Part shown: one piece after another, positions 32,225-42,002 of the stretch
Layout of the letters: every line of letters starts with the position of its first letter
Position numbering within the stretch: the stretch's first letter is position 1
NCBI GenBank assembly: GCA_050740695.1
Contig: JBOIDR010000001.1
Span: forward strand, 6,762-70,761
Direction: 5' to 3'
Origin: Gammaproteobacteria bacterium
GTDB lineage: Bacteria > Pseudomonadota > Gammaproteobacteria > JACCXJ01
Length of the DNA stretch: 64,000 nt
Position numbers and translations under genes: made by a program
The notes under the pieces: model-generated
What the model saw: the letters and a program-made list of their open reading frames with translations, nothing else
Told to the model about the DNA's origin: nothing
Databases searched by the model: none

Positions 32225-32734
32225 TCAGGTGAACCAGAACGCAAGCTGAACGGCCAGCCACACCACGGTGGCGGCGACGAAACCGGTGGCAGCGCGCCGC
32301 GTCCACAGGTACTTCTTCTGCACGATCTTGGCGTTGACGTGCACCTGGGTCAAAACCTGGTCGAGCGCGTCCTCGACCGAGAGGCCCATGAACGCCCGCA
32401 CATAATCGGCCGGCTCCATCCCGTGTATGTCGCCAAAATAAAAGAGTGAGCGCTTGGCGACCGGGTGATGCGTGAGGCGCGGACGAAGTGCGAGGACCGC
32501 CGAGATCAAGGAGAATGCGAGCGTAGCCAGGAGCACCCAATAGGCGATCGAGGGGATCAGGTGCTCTTCCGACTTGAGCTGGGAAAACGCCTGCTGTCCG
32601 GTCAAGGTCAGCGCGGCGACAAAGATCGCGGAGCCCGCGAAGAGCGCGCGGATCTTCTCGTCCGTGGCGCGGATCTGGGCGTGCAGGTTATCCAGGATCT
32701 GGACGGCGAGCCGCAACGCCTCGGCATTCGACAT
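32225..32734 (-). CDS. DUF5706 / Pycsar-effector-like three-TM membrane protein (assignment from memory of the family pattern)
   Basis: Start at ATG 32734 (MSNAEALRLAVQILDNLHAQIRATDEKIRALFAGSAIFVAAL...); an alternative ATG is at 32761. The layout is an amphipathic N-helix with a ..H..I...D.K motif, two TM helices, LRPR......S.F.FG.I....EY, then ..Q......I...KY......A plus a third TM helix. Confidence 0.45.
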   Translation of the reverse strand: MSNAEALRLAVQILDNLHAQIRATDEKIRALFAGSAIFVAALTLTGQQAFSQLKSEEHLIPSIAYWVLLATLAFSLISAVLALRPRLTHHPVAKRSLFYFGDIHGMEPADYVRAFMGLSVEDALDQVLTQVHVNAKIVQKKYLWTRRAATGFVAATVVWLAVQLAFWFT

Positions 32735-32841
32735 TGTCCCGGTCCGCTGCCCGGGCTCCATGACGGAAACCGGGTGCGGGGCCGAGGTGTCCTTGCGAGC
32801 ACCCCGTCCGGCCGGCGAGGCGCGCATGCCGGTACGCCTGG

Positions 32842-35112
32842 TCAAGGGGCCGGTAACTCGATTACCGGGGGGGCGATTACCGGGCGGGCGGGCACCGGGC
32901 GGCGGCCGGGGATCCGCCTTATCGCCGACATTTCGGTCCCCGCGGAGGGATCCGTAAGCTGATCGACCGTTGGGGGATCGACCGCTGTGGGATCGGCCGC
33001 CGGGGCGTCTACACTGGTTCGCGCGACGGGTGCGACCGGGCGGACGCGGACTGCCCCATCGGCGCCTGCCGAGGCCAATCGCAAGCCATCGGGGCTCACG
33101 GCCACGTCGTAGACCGCCCCACCCTCGCCCTCGAACCGAGCGACGGCCCGGCAAGTGGCTAGGTCCCACACCCGCACGCTGCCATCCGCGCTGCCCGAGT
33201 AGAGCGAGACACTATCCGGGCTCACGGCTACATCGTAGACCGCGCCACTGTGCCCGGTACATGCCGTCCCTTTGCGACCCGACACGGGATCGGGAGTGGC
33301 GAGATCCCAGATCCGGACCGTGCCATCCCAGCTCGCGGTCGCGAGGCGTGCGCCGTCGGGGCTGAAGGCGACTTTGTAGACCCGGCCCGCATGAGCGGTG
33401 AGGGTGGTGAGCCGCTTGCCGGTGGCGGTCTCCCAGACGCGCACGGTCCCGTCCCGCCCGGCCGTGGCGAGCCGCGATCCATCGGGGCTGAAAGCGAGGC
33501 CATAGACCCGTCCGGGATGGCCTTCCCGGCTCCACAGCGCCTGGCCCGTCACGGTATCCCAGCGCCTGACGGTGCCGTCCGCCCCCGCGGTCGCGAGCCA
33601 CGAGCCGTCGGGCGCGAACACGACGCCGTACACCGCGCCCGCATGGCCCTCGCCCCCATGGCCATCGATGGCGAGCACGGCCTTGCCGGAGGCGCCGTCG
33701 AATACGCGTGTCTTGCCATCCGACCCCACCGTTGCGAGGCGTGAGCCGTCGGAGCTCATGGCCACGCCGAAGCGGGGTGTGCCGCCATCCTCCAGGACCG
33801 CGAGCGCCTGCCCGGAAGCGCGCTCCCACAGCGTCGTCGTGCCGTCCCAGCCGCTCGTGACGAGCCTCGCACCGTCGGGGCTCATGGCCACGCCGTAGAC
33901 CGCGGCGCCATGGCCCCTGAGCTTGGCGAGCGCGGCCCCGGTACCCGCCTCCCATAGCCGCACCATGCGGTCCTCCCCGCCCGTGGCCACGACTGTCCCG
34001 GCCGGATCCATCGCGACGCCGAAGACCGCGGCCGTATGGCCCTTGGCCTTCCACAGCGCTTTCCCTGAGTCCGGTGCCCACATCCGCACCGTGCGGTCGC
34101 CACCGGTAGTGCAGAGCGATCCGTCCCGGGCAAACGCGACGCCGTAGACCGCGGCGTCGTGGCCTTTCAGCGTACCAAGCGCCTGGCCGGATGCGGCGTC
34201 GAACAGTCGCACCGTACCATCCTCGCCGGCGGTTGCGAGGCGTGACCCATCCCGACTGTAGGCGATACCGAAAACACGGCCCTCCTGCCCTGCGCGCACA
34301 AAGAGCGGAGTGCCCGACGCCACTTCCCATACCCGCACGCTGCCGTCCTCGCCGGCGGACGCGAGCCGCTGCCCATCCGGGCTCACGACGATGCCATAGA
34401 CGCGGCCGCTGTGGCCCTCGATACGCAGCAGGGGAACACCCGAGACGGCGTCCCACAACCGTACGCCGCCGTCACCGGCCGTGGCCAAGTGCCGTCCATC
34501 CGGGCTGTAGGCGATGCCGAAGAGGGGTGCGTCCGGGCCGTCGAGCGTCAGGATCTCGCTCCCCGTCGCGACGTCGTAGATCCGCGCCGTGCCGTCCTCA
34601 CCCGCGACGGCGAACCGTGAGCGATCGGGATGGAAAGCGACCCCGTAGAGCGCCCCGCCGGGAAGGGCGATCTTCAGGGACTCCCGGCCCGTCCCCGCTT
34701 CCCACACCCGTGCGGTCCCATCGAGAGCGGCAGTCGCGAGCCGCTGTCCATCGCCGCTGTAGGCAAGCCCCCAGACCCCATCCGTGTGACCACGGAAAGT
34801 CAGCGGCGGTGGCGCGATACCGAGACTGTCCATTTCCTGGTCCGCGGGCGCGGCTGAGGTCGGATCTGCCGCGGCAGCGGCGTCGCGCCGACTGTCCGCC
34901 CGGTCGACCGCCACAGGGCCGACGCGCGACGGGCGGGTCGCTGCGATCAAGGCCGGCGAGCCCGAAAGCTCTTGCGCCGGTTCCCCGATCGGACCTTGTG
35001 CCGCCAGACCATTGCCGTGGGCGAGCAGGGCGATGAGCGACACGAGCAGGGACGCACACGCGCAACCGAAGAGCTTGAAACGCAAAGACATTGCAAGGCA
35101 CGAGGACATCAC
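32842..35112 (-). CDS. Exported WD40-repeat protein, 14 repeats (two predicted 7-bladed propellers)
   Basis: 756 aa. N-terminal hydrophobic signal/anchor (LFGCACASLLVSLIALLAHG). I counted 14 units of the type GH.G.VYGVAFSPDG.RLATAG.DGTVRVW(D/E)..TG. The tail is Pro/Ala-rich. Confidence 0.85.
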   Translation of the reverse strand: MMSSCLAMSLRFKLFGCACASLLVSLIALLAHGNGLAAQGPIGEPAQELSGSPALIAATRPSRVGPVAVDRADSRRDAAAAADPTSAAPADQEMDSLGIAPPPLTFRGHTDGVWGLAYSGDGQRLATAALDGTARVWEAGTGRESLKIALPGGALYGVAFHPDRSRFAVAGEDGTARIYDVATGSEILTLDGPDAPLFGIAYSPDGRHLATAGDGGVRLWDAVSGVPLLRIEGHSGRVYGIVVSPDGQRLASAGEDGSVRVWEVASGTPLFVRAGQEGRVFGIAYSRDGSRLATAGEDGTVRLFDAASGQALGTLKGHDAAVYGVAFARDGSLCTTGGDRTVRMWAPDSGKALWKAKGHTAAVFGVAMDPAGTVVATGGEDRMVRLWEAGTGAALAKLRGHGAAVYGVAMSPDGARLVTSGWDGTTTLWERASGQALAVLEDGGTPRFGVAMSSDGSRLATVGSDGKTRVFDGASGKAVLAIDGHGGEGHAGAVYGVVFAPDGSWLATAGADGTVRRWDTVTGQALWSREGHPGRVYGLAFSPDGSRLATAGRDGTVRVWETATGKRLTTLTAHAGRVYKVAFSPDGARLATASWDGTVRIWDLATPDPVSGRKGTACTGHSGAVYDVAVSPDSVSLYSGSADGSVRVWDLATCRAVARFEGEGGAVYDVAVSPDGLRLASAGADGAVRVRPVAPVARTSVDAPAADPTAVDPPTVDQLTDPSAGTEMSAIRRIPGRRPVPARPVIAPPVIELPAP

Positions 35113-35178
35113 GGAGGGCGCCTGATCCTGATTCTGACCGGAGTACTGTCGATCACGGTCCCGGGCGTATTCCGGATC

Positions 35179-35655
35179 TCAGCCACACCTCGTGGTGAAG
35201 TCGAAGGTGGTACGGACGTTCGATCCCACGAGTTCGGTGTCGGCGGTCACCGTGAGATCGGCTAAGGTGGAGGTGCTCCGGACGATGTCACCGCCGAGGT
35301 TAACCGGAGAGCCGAAACCTCCAGCCGAGCCGTTGCTCAGGACCCATGTGTCGCCATTGGGGAAGACGACGAGCGGGTCGACAGACCAGGTTGCCTCTTC
35401 GGCCGCGGCGATATCGGTGTAGCGAAAGTACCCGTTGAAGGGGACCAGGCCGTTGTTCGCCTCTCCGCCGTTGACCTCTACCGAAGTCGTCGGATCCGAC
35501 AGGATCACCGGGCTCGCCGGCACGAGACCCGGGCTGAGACACATGCAGAACGCTACTCCGATCCAGCGGAGCGAGGGTGGCCTCGGCTGCCGAGGAGGGC
35601 GGGGTACGGCCCTCTGGTGACGGTGCGGTTCGGCTTCAAAGCTCTTGCTCCTCAT
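35179..35655 (-). CDS. Hypothetical small exported protein (beta-rich, Gly/Asn/Thr-rich)
   Basis: Start trimmed to ATG 35655 (MRSKSFEAEPHRH...). It has a basic N-region plus the hydrophobic segment WIGVAFCMCLSPGLVPASP. No recognisable family. Co-directional with, and 66 nt upstream of, the WD40 gene. Confidence 0.45.
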   Translation of the reverse strand: MRSKSFEAEPHRHQRAVPRPPRQPRPPSLRWIGVAFCMCLSPGLVPASPVILSDPTTSVEVNGGEANNGLVPFNGYFRYTDIAAAEEATWSVDPLVVFPNGDTWVLSNGSAGGFGSPVNLGGDIVRSTSTLADLTVTADTELVGSNVRTTFDFTTRCG

Positions 35656-35875
35656 GGTTCCGTCCGTCCTCCACTTAAAGGTTCCTGTTAGGGAGTGTAA
35701 AGGGTACGCCCGCACGGGGTAAAGTCGCTGCGGATGCGCCTGGCCCCCACCCTACCCCTCCCCCGCTAGGCGCAGGGGAGGGAACCCAGGGAACCCCGGC
35801 GCCCCCGTCCCAGCGCCAATCGAGCATCCGGCCGGCCAGGTTGCAAGACCACGAGATACTTCCTATCCTTCAGCC

Positions 35876-36322
35876 ATGCAAGTAGCCAAGAAAACCTACG
35901 AGCAAGACTTTCAGGCCTGGGCGCTAGAGAACGCGGTGCTCTTGCGCCAAGGAAGACTGGCCGACATCGACGCGCTCCATATCGCCGAGGAGCTCGAAAG
36001 CATGGGCGCGAGTGAACGCCGTGAGCTGCAAAGCCGCTTACGGGTGCTGGCGCTCCATCTGCTCAAATATCAGTACCAGCCGGAGTGCCGCGGGAAGAGC
36101 TGGCTCCTGACCATAGGCCATCAAAGAGACGCCATCGATAGCCTGTTGAAACAGTCCCCGAGTTTGCGTCCGCTCCTGGATGACGCGGAGGAAATGGCGG
36201 ACATCTACGCCAAGGCGCTCCGGGATGCGGTGATCGAGACCGAGCTGGACCGCCACCTCTTCCCGGTGAGATGCCCATACGCCATCGACCAGCTCCTCGA
36301 TGGCGATTTTCTTCCGGATTGA
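35876..36322 (+). CDS. DUF29 domain-containing protein
   Basis: 148 aa with YEQDFQAWALENAVLLRQGRLADIDALHIAEELESMGASERRELQSRL, the canonical DUF29 opening. Confidence 0.85.
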   Translation: MQVAKKTYEQDFQAWALENAVLLRQGRLADIDALHIAEELESMGASERRELQSRLRVLALHLLKYQYQPECRGKSWLLTIGHQRDAIDSLLKQSPSLRPLLDDAEEMADIYAKALRDAVIETELDRHLFPVRCPYAIDQLLDGDFLPD

Positions 36323-36345
36323 GTCCCTGGCCAAAATACCCGCAG

Positions 36346-36410
36346 CCCGGATGTAGCGCAGCGGGATCCGGGGAGGCCGTCCCGGTGCACTTCGTTTCAT
36401 CCGGGCTACG
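36346..36410. repeat. REP-like inverted pair (cccggatgtagcgcagcgggatccggg ... catccgggctacg)
   Basis: Same GTAGC..GG family as 16612..16768. Confidence 0.6.
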
Positions 36411-36418
36411 GCAGCCGG

Positions 36419-36733
<315 letters not shown>

Positions 36734-36745
<12 letters not shown>

Positions 36746-37549
36746 ATGGGCGGCGACGGTACGCAGGCGCGCGAGCTCGTGCGGGGTCAGCGGGCGGCGC
36801 TCGGCGTCCCGCACCTCCCCGCCCAGCGCCTCGGCGAGCCGGCAGGCGCCATGCAGCAGGAGCTCGAACGCCAACCGCCCCTCGACCGGCACGGGCAGGC
36901 GCATGATCAAGAGCACCCCCTCGGTGCGGGCGCTCGCGAGGGTGTTGAGGTCGAAGCTCCCGGGCTCCAGCATGTTCACGAGGCAGTACAGGCCCGTGGG
37001 GGACGCCAGCCGGCCCACCCCATGGTAATGAAAGACCTTCATCTCCCCGAAGCGCATCCCGAGATCTTCGGCCGCGTCGCGGATCGCGCTGCCGGTGAAA
37101 TCCCGGCCGGGAGGCGCGATGACATACAGGATGATGGCCTCCGGGCCTGATTTTTCCGACCCGCCCTTCCCGGCCATGGCGCCAGCTTTGCGCTTGACCA
37201 AGCGGCCTTTCATCGCCCACGTCTGGAACCAGCCCCACGACTCGGGGACTTTGCGGATGCCCGCCAGGGCATCTCGGATCCGACTCGGACGGATCGGCGC
37301 GTGGCCGGACTCGACCACGAGGTTGCTCAGATCGCTCAGGGTGCGGGTGTAATCGACCGGTGCCTCGGTGTCTTGGCTCGGCGGCCGGGCGGCCTTCGGC
37401 AACGGGACCGCGGGCTCGCCGGGGCGAGACGGTCTGCGGCCCCCGATCCTTTTTCGGCGTTTGTTTCCCCGGCCCCGCATTCCCCAGAAATAAACGCCCG
37501 CCACCACCATGAGCCCGATCAAGAGAAGCGCGACCCGCAATTCGTTCAT
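36734..37549 (-). CDS. zipA: Cell division protein ZipA
   Basis: 271 aa with an N-terminal TM anchor (LRVALLLIGLMVVAGVYFWG), a basic/Pro-rich linker and a C-terminal FtsZ-binding-type domain. Confidence 0.85.
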
Positions 37550-37603
37550 AGATAAGGGCCCACTCGGAAACCAGCCTCCGACATAACGATGCGCGGGTCC
37601 GTG

Positions 37604-40600
37604 CTAGCCGGTCGCGGCCAGGCGCACCGCCTCGTCCACATCCACGGCGACGAGGCGCGACACCCCGGGTTCCTGCATGGTCACGCCCACCAAACGGTGG
37701 GCGATCTCCATGGTGATCTTATTGTGGGTGATGAACAGGAACTGGACGTCTTCGGACATCGATCCGAGGAACCGGCACAGGTGCGCGGCGTTGGCGTCGT
37801 CGAGCGGCGCGTCGACCTCGTCGAGCAGGCAGAACGGCGCGGGGTGGAGCTTGAATAGCGCGAACACCAGCGCCAGGGCCGTGAGCGCCTTCTCGCCCCC
37901 GGAGAGCAGATGGATGCTGTTGTTGCGCTTGCCGGGTGGGCGGGCCATAACGGTGACGCCCGTCTCCAGGAGGTCCTTGCCGCAGAGCTCCAGGTGGGCC
38001 TCGCCACCGCCGAAAAGGCCCGGGAAGAGGACGCCGAGATGGGCATCCAGCTGTTCGAAGGTTTCCTTGAACCGGCCGCGGGTGTCCCCGTCGATGCGCC
38101 GGATGGCATCCCCCAGGGTCGCCAGCGCCGCGGTGAGATCGGCGTGCTGGCCGTCGAGATAGGTCTTGCGCTCCCCGAGCGCCTCGAATTCCTCCATGGC
38201 CGCGAGGTTCACGGCCCCGAGCCGCGCCAGCCGCTCGCCGATACGCGTGAGCCGCTCCTCGAACGCGGCCGGCAGGGCGTCCTCGGGCAGTGCGGCGAGC
38301 AATTCGTCGAGCACGAGCCCCTGTCCCGCGAGCCGCTCCCGGCAAGCCTCGAGACGCACCCGCAGGTTCTCGCGTGCCAGCCGCGCCTCCTCCAGGCGCT
38401 CGCGGTACGCATGGGCCTCGCGCTCGCGGAGGAGGCGCCGCTCCGCCGCCTCCCGCAGGGCCGCATCCCGGCGCTCCAATGCGGCACGCGCCTCGCTGAG
38501 CTCGGCCTCCACCGACAGCTGCACCTCCAGCGCCCCGGGCAGGGCCTGTTCCAGGGCAGTCAAGGGCCCCAGACCCTCGGCCAGGGCCGAGCGCAGCTCA
38601 CGGCAGCGCGCCTCGAGCTGCTCCACGGCCTCGGACTCCCGCAGTTCGCCCTCGCAGAGGACCCCGTAGCGGGTCCTCAGGGACTCGATCCTGAGCGACA
38701 ACGCGTGGCTCTCTTCGCGCGCCACCCGCCAGGCCTCGCGGGCGGTCGACAGGGCCGGACCCAGCGCCCCTCTGCGGGCCTTCAAGGCCAGGCGTTGTGT
38801 CCCGGTCTCCGCGACCGCCGCACGAAGGGTCAGCAGCCGTACCGTGCTCATGGCCTCGTCGTCCGCGTCGCGCATCCCTTGGGCCTCCAGCGCCGCGATC
38901 TCCTGCGTCAGCGCGGCCAACCGCAGCGCACGCTGTGCCTTCGCGGCCTCCGCCGCGGCCAGCTCGGAGCGCACACCGGCCACGACCTCCTGGGCGCGGG
39001 CGATGGCCGCCTGAAGCTCGCATTCTTCGGTCTCCAGGCGCGTGCCGGTCTCACGCGCGTCCCGTGCCTCGTGCAGGGAACCCTCGATGGCCGCCTCCAG
39101 CCCCGCGCGCTGCGCCTCCAGGGCCTGGATCTCCTGCTGCCTTTCGATAACCCCCGCCCGGCCCGGGACGCGCCCGGTCCGTCGCAGCCAGTCCGGCCCG
39201 ATCTGGACCCCGTCGCGGGTCACCAGGGACTCGGCGGCATGGAGACCGGTGCGCAGCGCCAGCGCCTCATCCAGCCCTTCGGCGGCGTACACGCCGCCGA
39301 GCACGCCGTCGAGCCCAATCGGACTTTGGATCTTTTCTGTCAACAAGGCCGCCGCGGCCCCGGACGGACGGAGCGGCGCCGGGCCCGCTCCTGCCTCGAT
39401 CAGACCCACGCCATGCTCGCCCAGATCGGGCAGTACACGGGCCACCTCGGCCAGCGACCCCACCGAGAAGGCGCCCAGCCAATCCCCCAGCACCGACTCG
39501 ACCGCGGGTTCCCACCCGGCCTCGACTCGAATGTGCTCGAAGAGGGGCACGGGCGCGGCCGTTCCGGCCAGGGCGAGCCACTCCCGCACCGCCCCGTCGT
39601 GGCCATCCACCGCCGCTTCCTGCAGCGTAGCCAGTGAGGACAGACGCCCGAGCGCGGTCGCGAGCACCTCGCGCAACTCGCCCAGGTGGCGGTTCAGCGC
39701 GTCGCGCCGCGCGCGCCCTTCGCGCAGGGCCTCGCGATTGTCCGCGCACTCGGACTCGAGCCGGTGGAGGACTGCTCCTGCCTCGCTCAGGCGGCTTTCG
39801 AACACCGCGATCTCATCGCTACCAGCAAGCGCCTCCAGGCGCCCGCGCTCGTCGTGCATCGTCCCGAGACGCGCTTGCCGCTCGGCCCGCCGTTCCGCCA
39901 GGTGGACCGCATGCGCGGCCAGCGCAGACTCCTCGCTACTCCGCTGCGCGCCCTCCGCGTTCGCCGTGTCCCACTCGGATTGCCAGCCTTCCATGGCCTC
40001 TTCGCAAAGGCAGAGGCCCTCGAAGGCCGATCCCTCGACCAGGCGGGCCTCCCGCGAACGCGGCTCCAAAAGCGCGATCTCTTCGCTCGTGCGCGCGATG
40101 GCCGCGCGCGCCTCCGCGCGCCGGGCCTCGCCCTCTTCGAGCGCGCGGCCGGCGCGTTCGAGCTCGGCCATGAGCCCTTCGCGTCGCTCCCGGGCATGGC
40201 CGATCGCCTGTTCGAGCCGGGCGATCTCCGCCCCGGCCCGGTAATACCGACCCTGTACCTCGTCGAAGCCCTCGCGCGCCTGCCATTCGTCGGCGCGCCC
40301 TGCCTCGAGCTCGGCCTCCACCGAGCGCAAGGCCGCGAGGGCCGCCTCGACCTCGGTCTCGCACTCGACGGTCAGCCGTTCCTGTACCTCCGATCCCTGC
40401 GACAGAGTCCGGACGGACAGCGCCAGGAGCTGGCCTTTGACCAGGCGCTCGTCGTCGCTGAGCCGCTTGTACCGGGCCGCCGCCCTGGCCTGTTGCTGTA
40501 GGCGTTCGAGCTGCCGGTCGAGCTCCGCGCGCAGATCGTCGAGCCGCGCCAGGTTTTCGCGGGCGTGCCGGATGCGGATCTCGGTCTCGTGGCGGCGCTC

Positions 40601-41122
40601 CTTGTACTTGGAGATCCCGGCCGCCTCCTCCAGGAACACCCGCAGGTCCTCGGGCTTGGCCTCGACCATGCGCGAGATCATCCCCTGCTCGATCACGGCG
40701 TAGCTGCGCGCACCGAGCCCCGTACCGAGGAACAGGCCGACGATGTCGCGGCGCCGGCAGCGCACCCCGTTCAGGAAATAGCTGGAGGCCCCGTCCCGGC
40801 TCACCTGCCGCTTCACGGACACCTCGGCATAGCTCGCGTACTGCCCGCCGAAGCCACCGTCGGCGTTCTCGAAGACGATCTCGACCGTGGCCTGTCCTAC
40901 GGGCTTGCGATTGCCCGAGCCGTTGAAGATCACATCGGCCATCGAGCCCCCGCGCAGGTGCTTGGCCGAGGTTTCCCCCAGGACCCACAGGACGGCATCG
41001 ATGAGGTTCGACTTGCCGCAGCCATTCGGTCCCACGACGCCGGTCAGGTTGCCCGACAGATCCAGGGTGATCGGGTCCACAAAGGACTTGAACCCCGCGA
41101 GCCTGATCTTCGATAGCCTCAT
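37604..41122 (-). CDS. smc: Chromosome segregation protein SMC
   Basis: 1172 aa with MRLSKIRLAGFKSFVDP..GPNGCGKSN (Walker A), long coiled coils, a hinge, LSGGEKALTALAL and FCLLDEVDAPLD. Confidence 0.96.
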   Translation of the reverse strand: MRLSKIRLAGFKSFVDPITLDLSGNLTGVVGPNGCGKSNLIDAVLWVLGETSAKHLRGGSMADVIFNGSGNRKPVGQATVEIVFENADGGFGGQYASYAEVSVKRQVSRDGASSYFLNGVRCRRRDIVGLFLGTGLGARSYAVIEQGMISRMVEAKPEDLRVFLEEAAGISKYKERRHETEIRIRHARENLARLDDLRAELDRQLERLQQQARAAARYKRLSDDERLVKGQLLALSVRTLSQGSEVQERLTVECETEVEAALAALRSVEAELEAGRADEWQAREGFDEVQGRYYRAGAEIARLEQAIGHARERREGLMAELERAGRALEEGEARRAEARAAIARTSEEIALLEPRSREARLVEGSAFEGLCLCEEAMEGWQSEWDTANAEGAQRSSEESALAAHAVHLAERRAERQARLGTMHDERGRLEALAGSDEIAVFESRLSEAGAVLHRLESECADNREALREGRARRDALNRHLGELREVLATALGRLSSLATLQEAAVDGHDGAVREWLALAGTAAPVPLFEHIRVEAGWEPAVESVLGDWLGAFSVGSLAEVARVLPDLGEHGVGLIEAGAGPAPLRPSGAAAALLTEKIQSPIGLDGVLGGVYAAEGLDEALALRTGLHAAESLVTRDGVQIGPDWLRRTGRVPGRAGVIERQQEIQALEAQRAGLEAAIEGSLHEARDARETGTRLETEECELQAAIARAQEVVAGVRSELAAAEAAKAQRALRLAALTQEIAALEAQGMRDADDEAMSTVRLLTLRAAVAETGTQRLALKARRGALGPALSTAREAWRVAREESHALSLRIESLRTRYGVLCEGELRESEAVEQLEARCRELRSALAEGLGPLTALEQALPGALEVQLSVEAELSEARAALERRDAALREAAERRLLREREAHAYRERLEEARLARENLRVRLEACRERLAGQGLVLDELLAALPEDALPAAFEERLTRIGERLARLGAVNLAAMEEFEALGERKTYLDGQHADLTAALATLGDAIRRIDGDTRGRFKETFEQLDAHLGVLFPGLFGGGEAHLELCGKDLLETGVTVMARPPGKRNNSIHLLSGGEKALTALALVFALFKLHPAPFCLLDEVDAPLDDANAAHLCRFLGSMSEDVQFLFITHNKITMEIAHRLVGVTMQEPGVSRLVAVDVDEAVRLAATG

Positions 41123-41295
41123 CGCGCGCTAAGATACAAGATACGGTAGCGAGCGTACAGGGATCCCCAAGTCCAGGCTCGGGCCGATGCAAATCCGGTA
41201 ATTGATTGAATGGTAACGATAACATGAGTCCTCTTCCAGACCTTTCGAGACCCGTGGCGGGTGCTAAGACCCTAGGCGGCGAGGTGCCGGAGGCG

Positions 41296-41955
41296 ATGCT
41301 CGACTGGGCTTCGGTGGAGACGGTGTTGCTGGACCTCGACGGCACGCTCCTCGATCTCCACTTCGACACCCATTTCTGGACCGAGCACCTGCCGCTCCGC
41401 TATGCCGAGCGGTCCGGTATCGGCCTTTTGGCCGCCAAGGCCGAGCTGGCGCCGAGGCTCAAGGCGCGGGAGGGATCATTGGCCTGGTATTGCGTCGATC
41501 ATTGGACGCGAGAGCTAGGCATCGAGATCGCCGAGATCAAACGCGAGGTCGCGCATCTGATCGCGCCGCACCCGCGGGTACCCGAGTTCCTCGCCGCGCT
41601 CTCCGCACTCGGCAAGCGCGTGATGCTCGCCACCAACGCCCACCCCAAGAGCCTCGCGATCAAGCTCCCGAGAGTCGGGCTTACCGGACACTTCGACGCG
41701 ATCCTGTGTGCGCACGATTTCGGCGCCCCCAAGGAACACCCCCGGTTCTGGGAATTGGCGCGGACGCACGAGCCCTTCGACGGCCGGCGCACGCTCCTCA
41801 TCGACGATAACCTCGCTTGTCTTCGCGCCGCAAAGGCCGCCGGGGTACGCTTCCTCTACGGCGTGCTCCGGCCGGACAGCCGCGCGCCGCCTAATCCACC
41901 TTCCGAGTTCCCGGCCATCACCGGCTTCGGGGACATCATGCCGCCCTGCCGGTGA
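41296..41955 (+). CDS. HAD-superfamily hydrolase, YrfG-like GMP/IMP nucleotidase
   Basis: MLDWASVETVLLDLDGTLLDLHFDTHFW .. WYCVDHW .. ATNAHP .. LIDD. From memory this is colinear with E. coli YrfG. The start is uncertain: ATG 41224 and TTG 41206 are upstream in frame. Confidence 0.78.
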   Translation: MLDWASVETVLLDLDGTLLDLHFDTHFWTEHLPLRYAERSGIGLLAAKAELAPRLKAREGSLAWYCVDHWTRELGIEIAEIKREVAHLIAPHPRVPEFLAALSALGKRVMLATNAHPKSLAIKLPRVGLTGHFDAILCAHDFGAPKEHPRFWELARTHEPFDGRRTLLIDDNLACLRAAKAAGVRFLYGVLRPDSRAPPNPPSEFPAITGFGDIMPPCR

Positions 41956-42002
41956 CGACCGAGCGGACGTCGCCGTCGCCACCCGTCAGGCCGACGTGGC
42001 GG

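Noticed and set aside
32225-35655. A complete Pycsar (cyclase plus effector) system
   Set aside because: Only an effector-like membrane protein is present. Neither neighbouring protein (WD40, small exported protein) has a nucleotide cyclase-like sequence, so the canonical system cannot be claimed.
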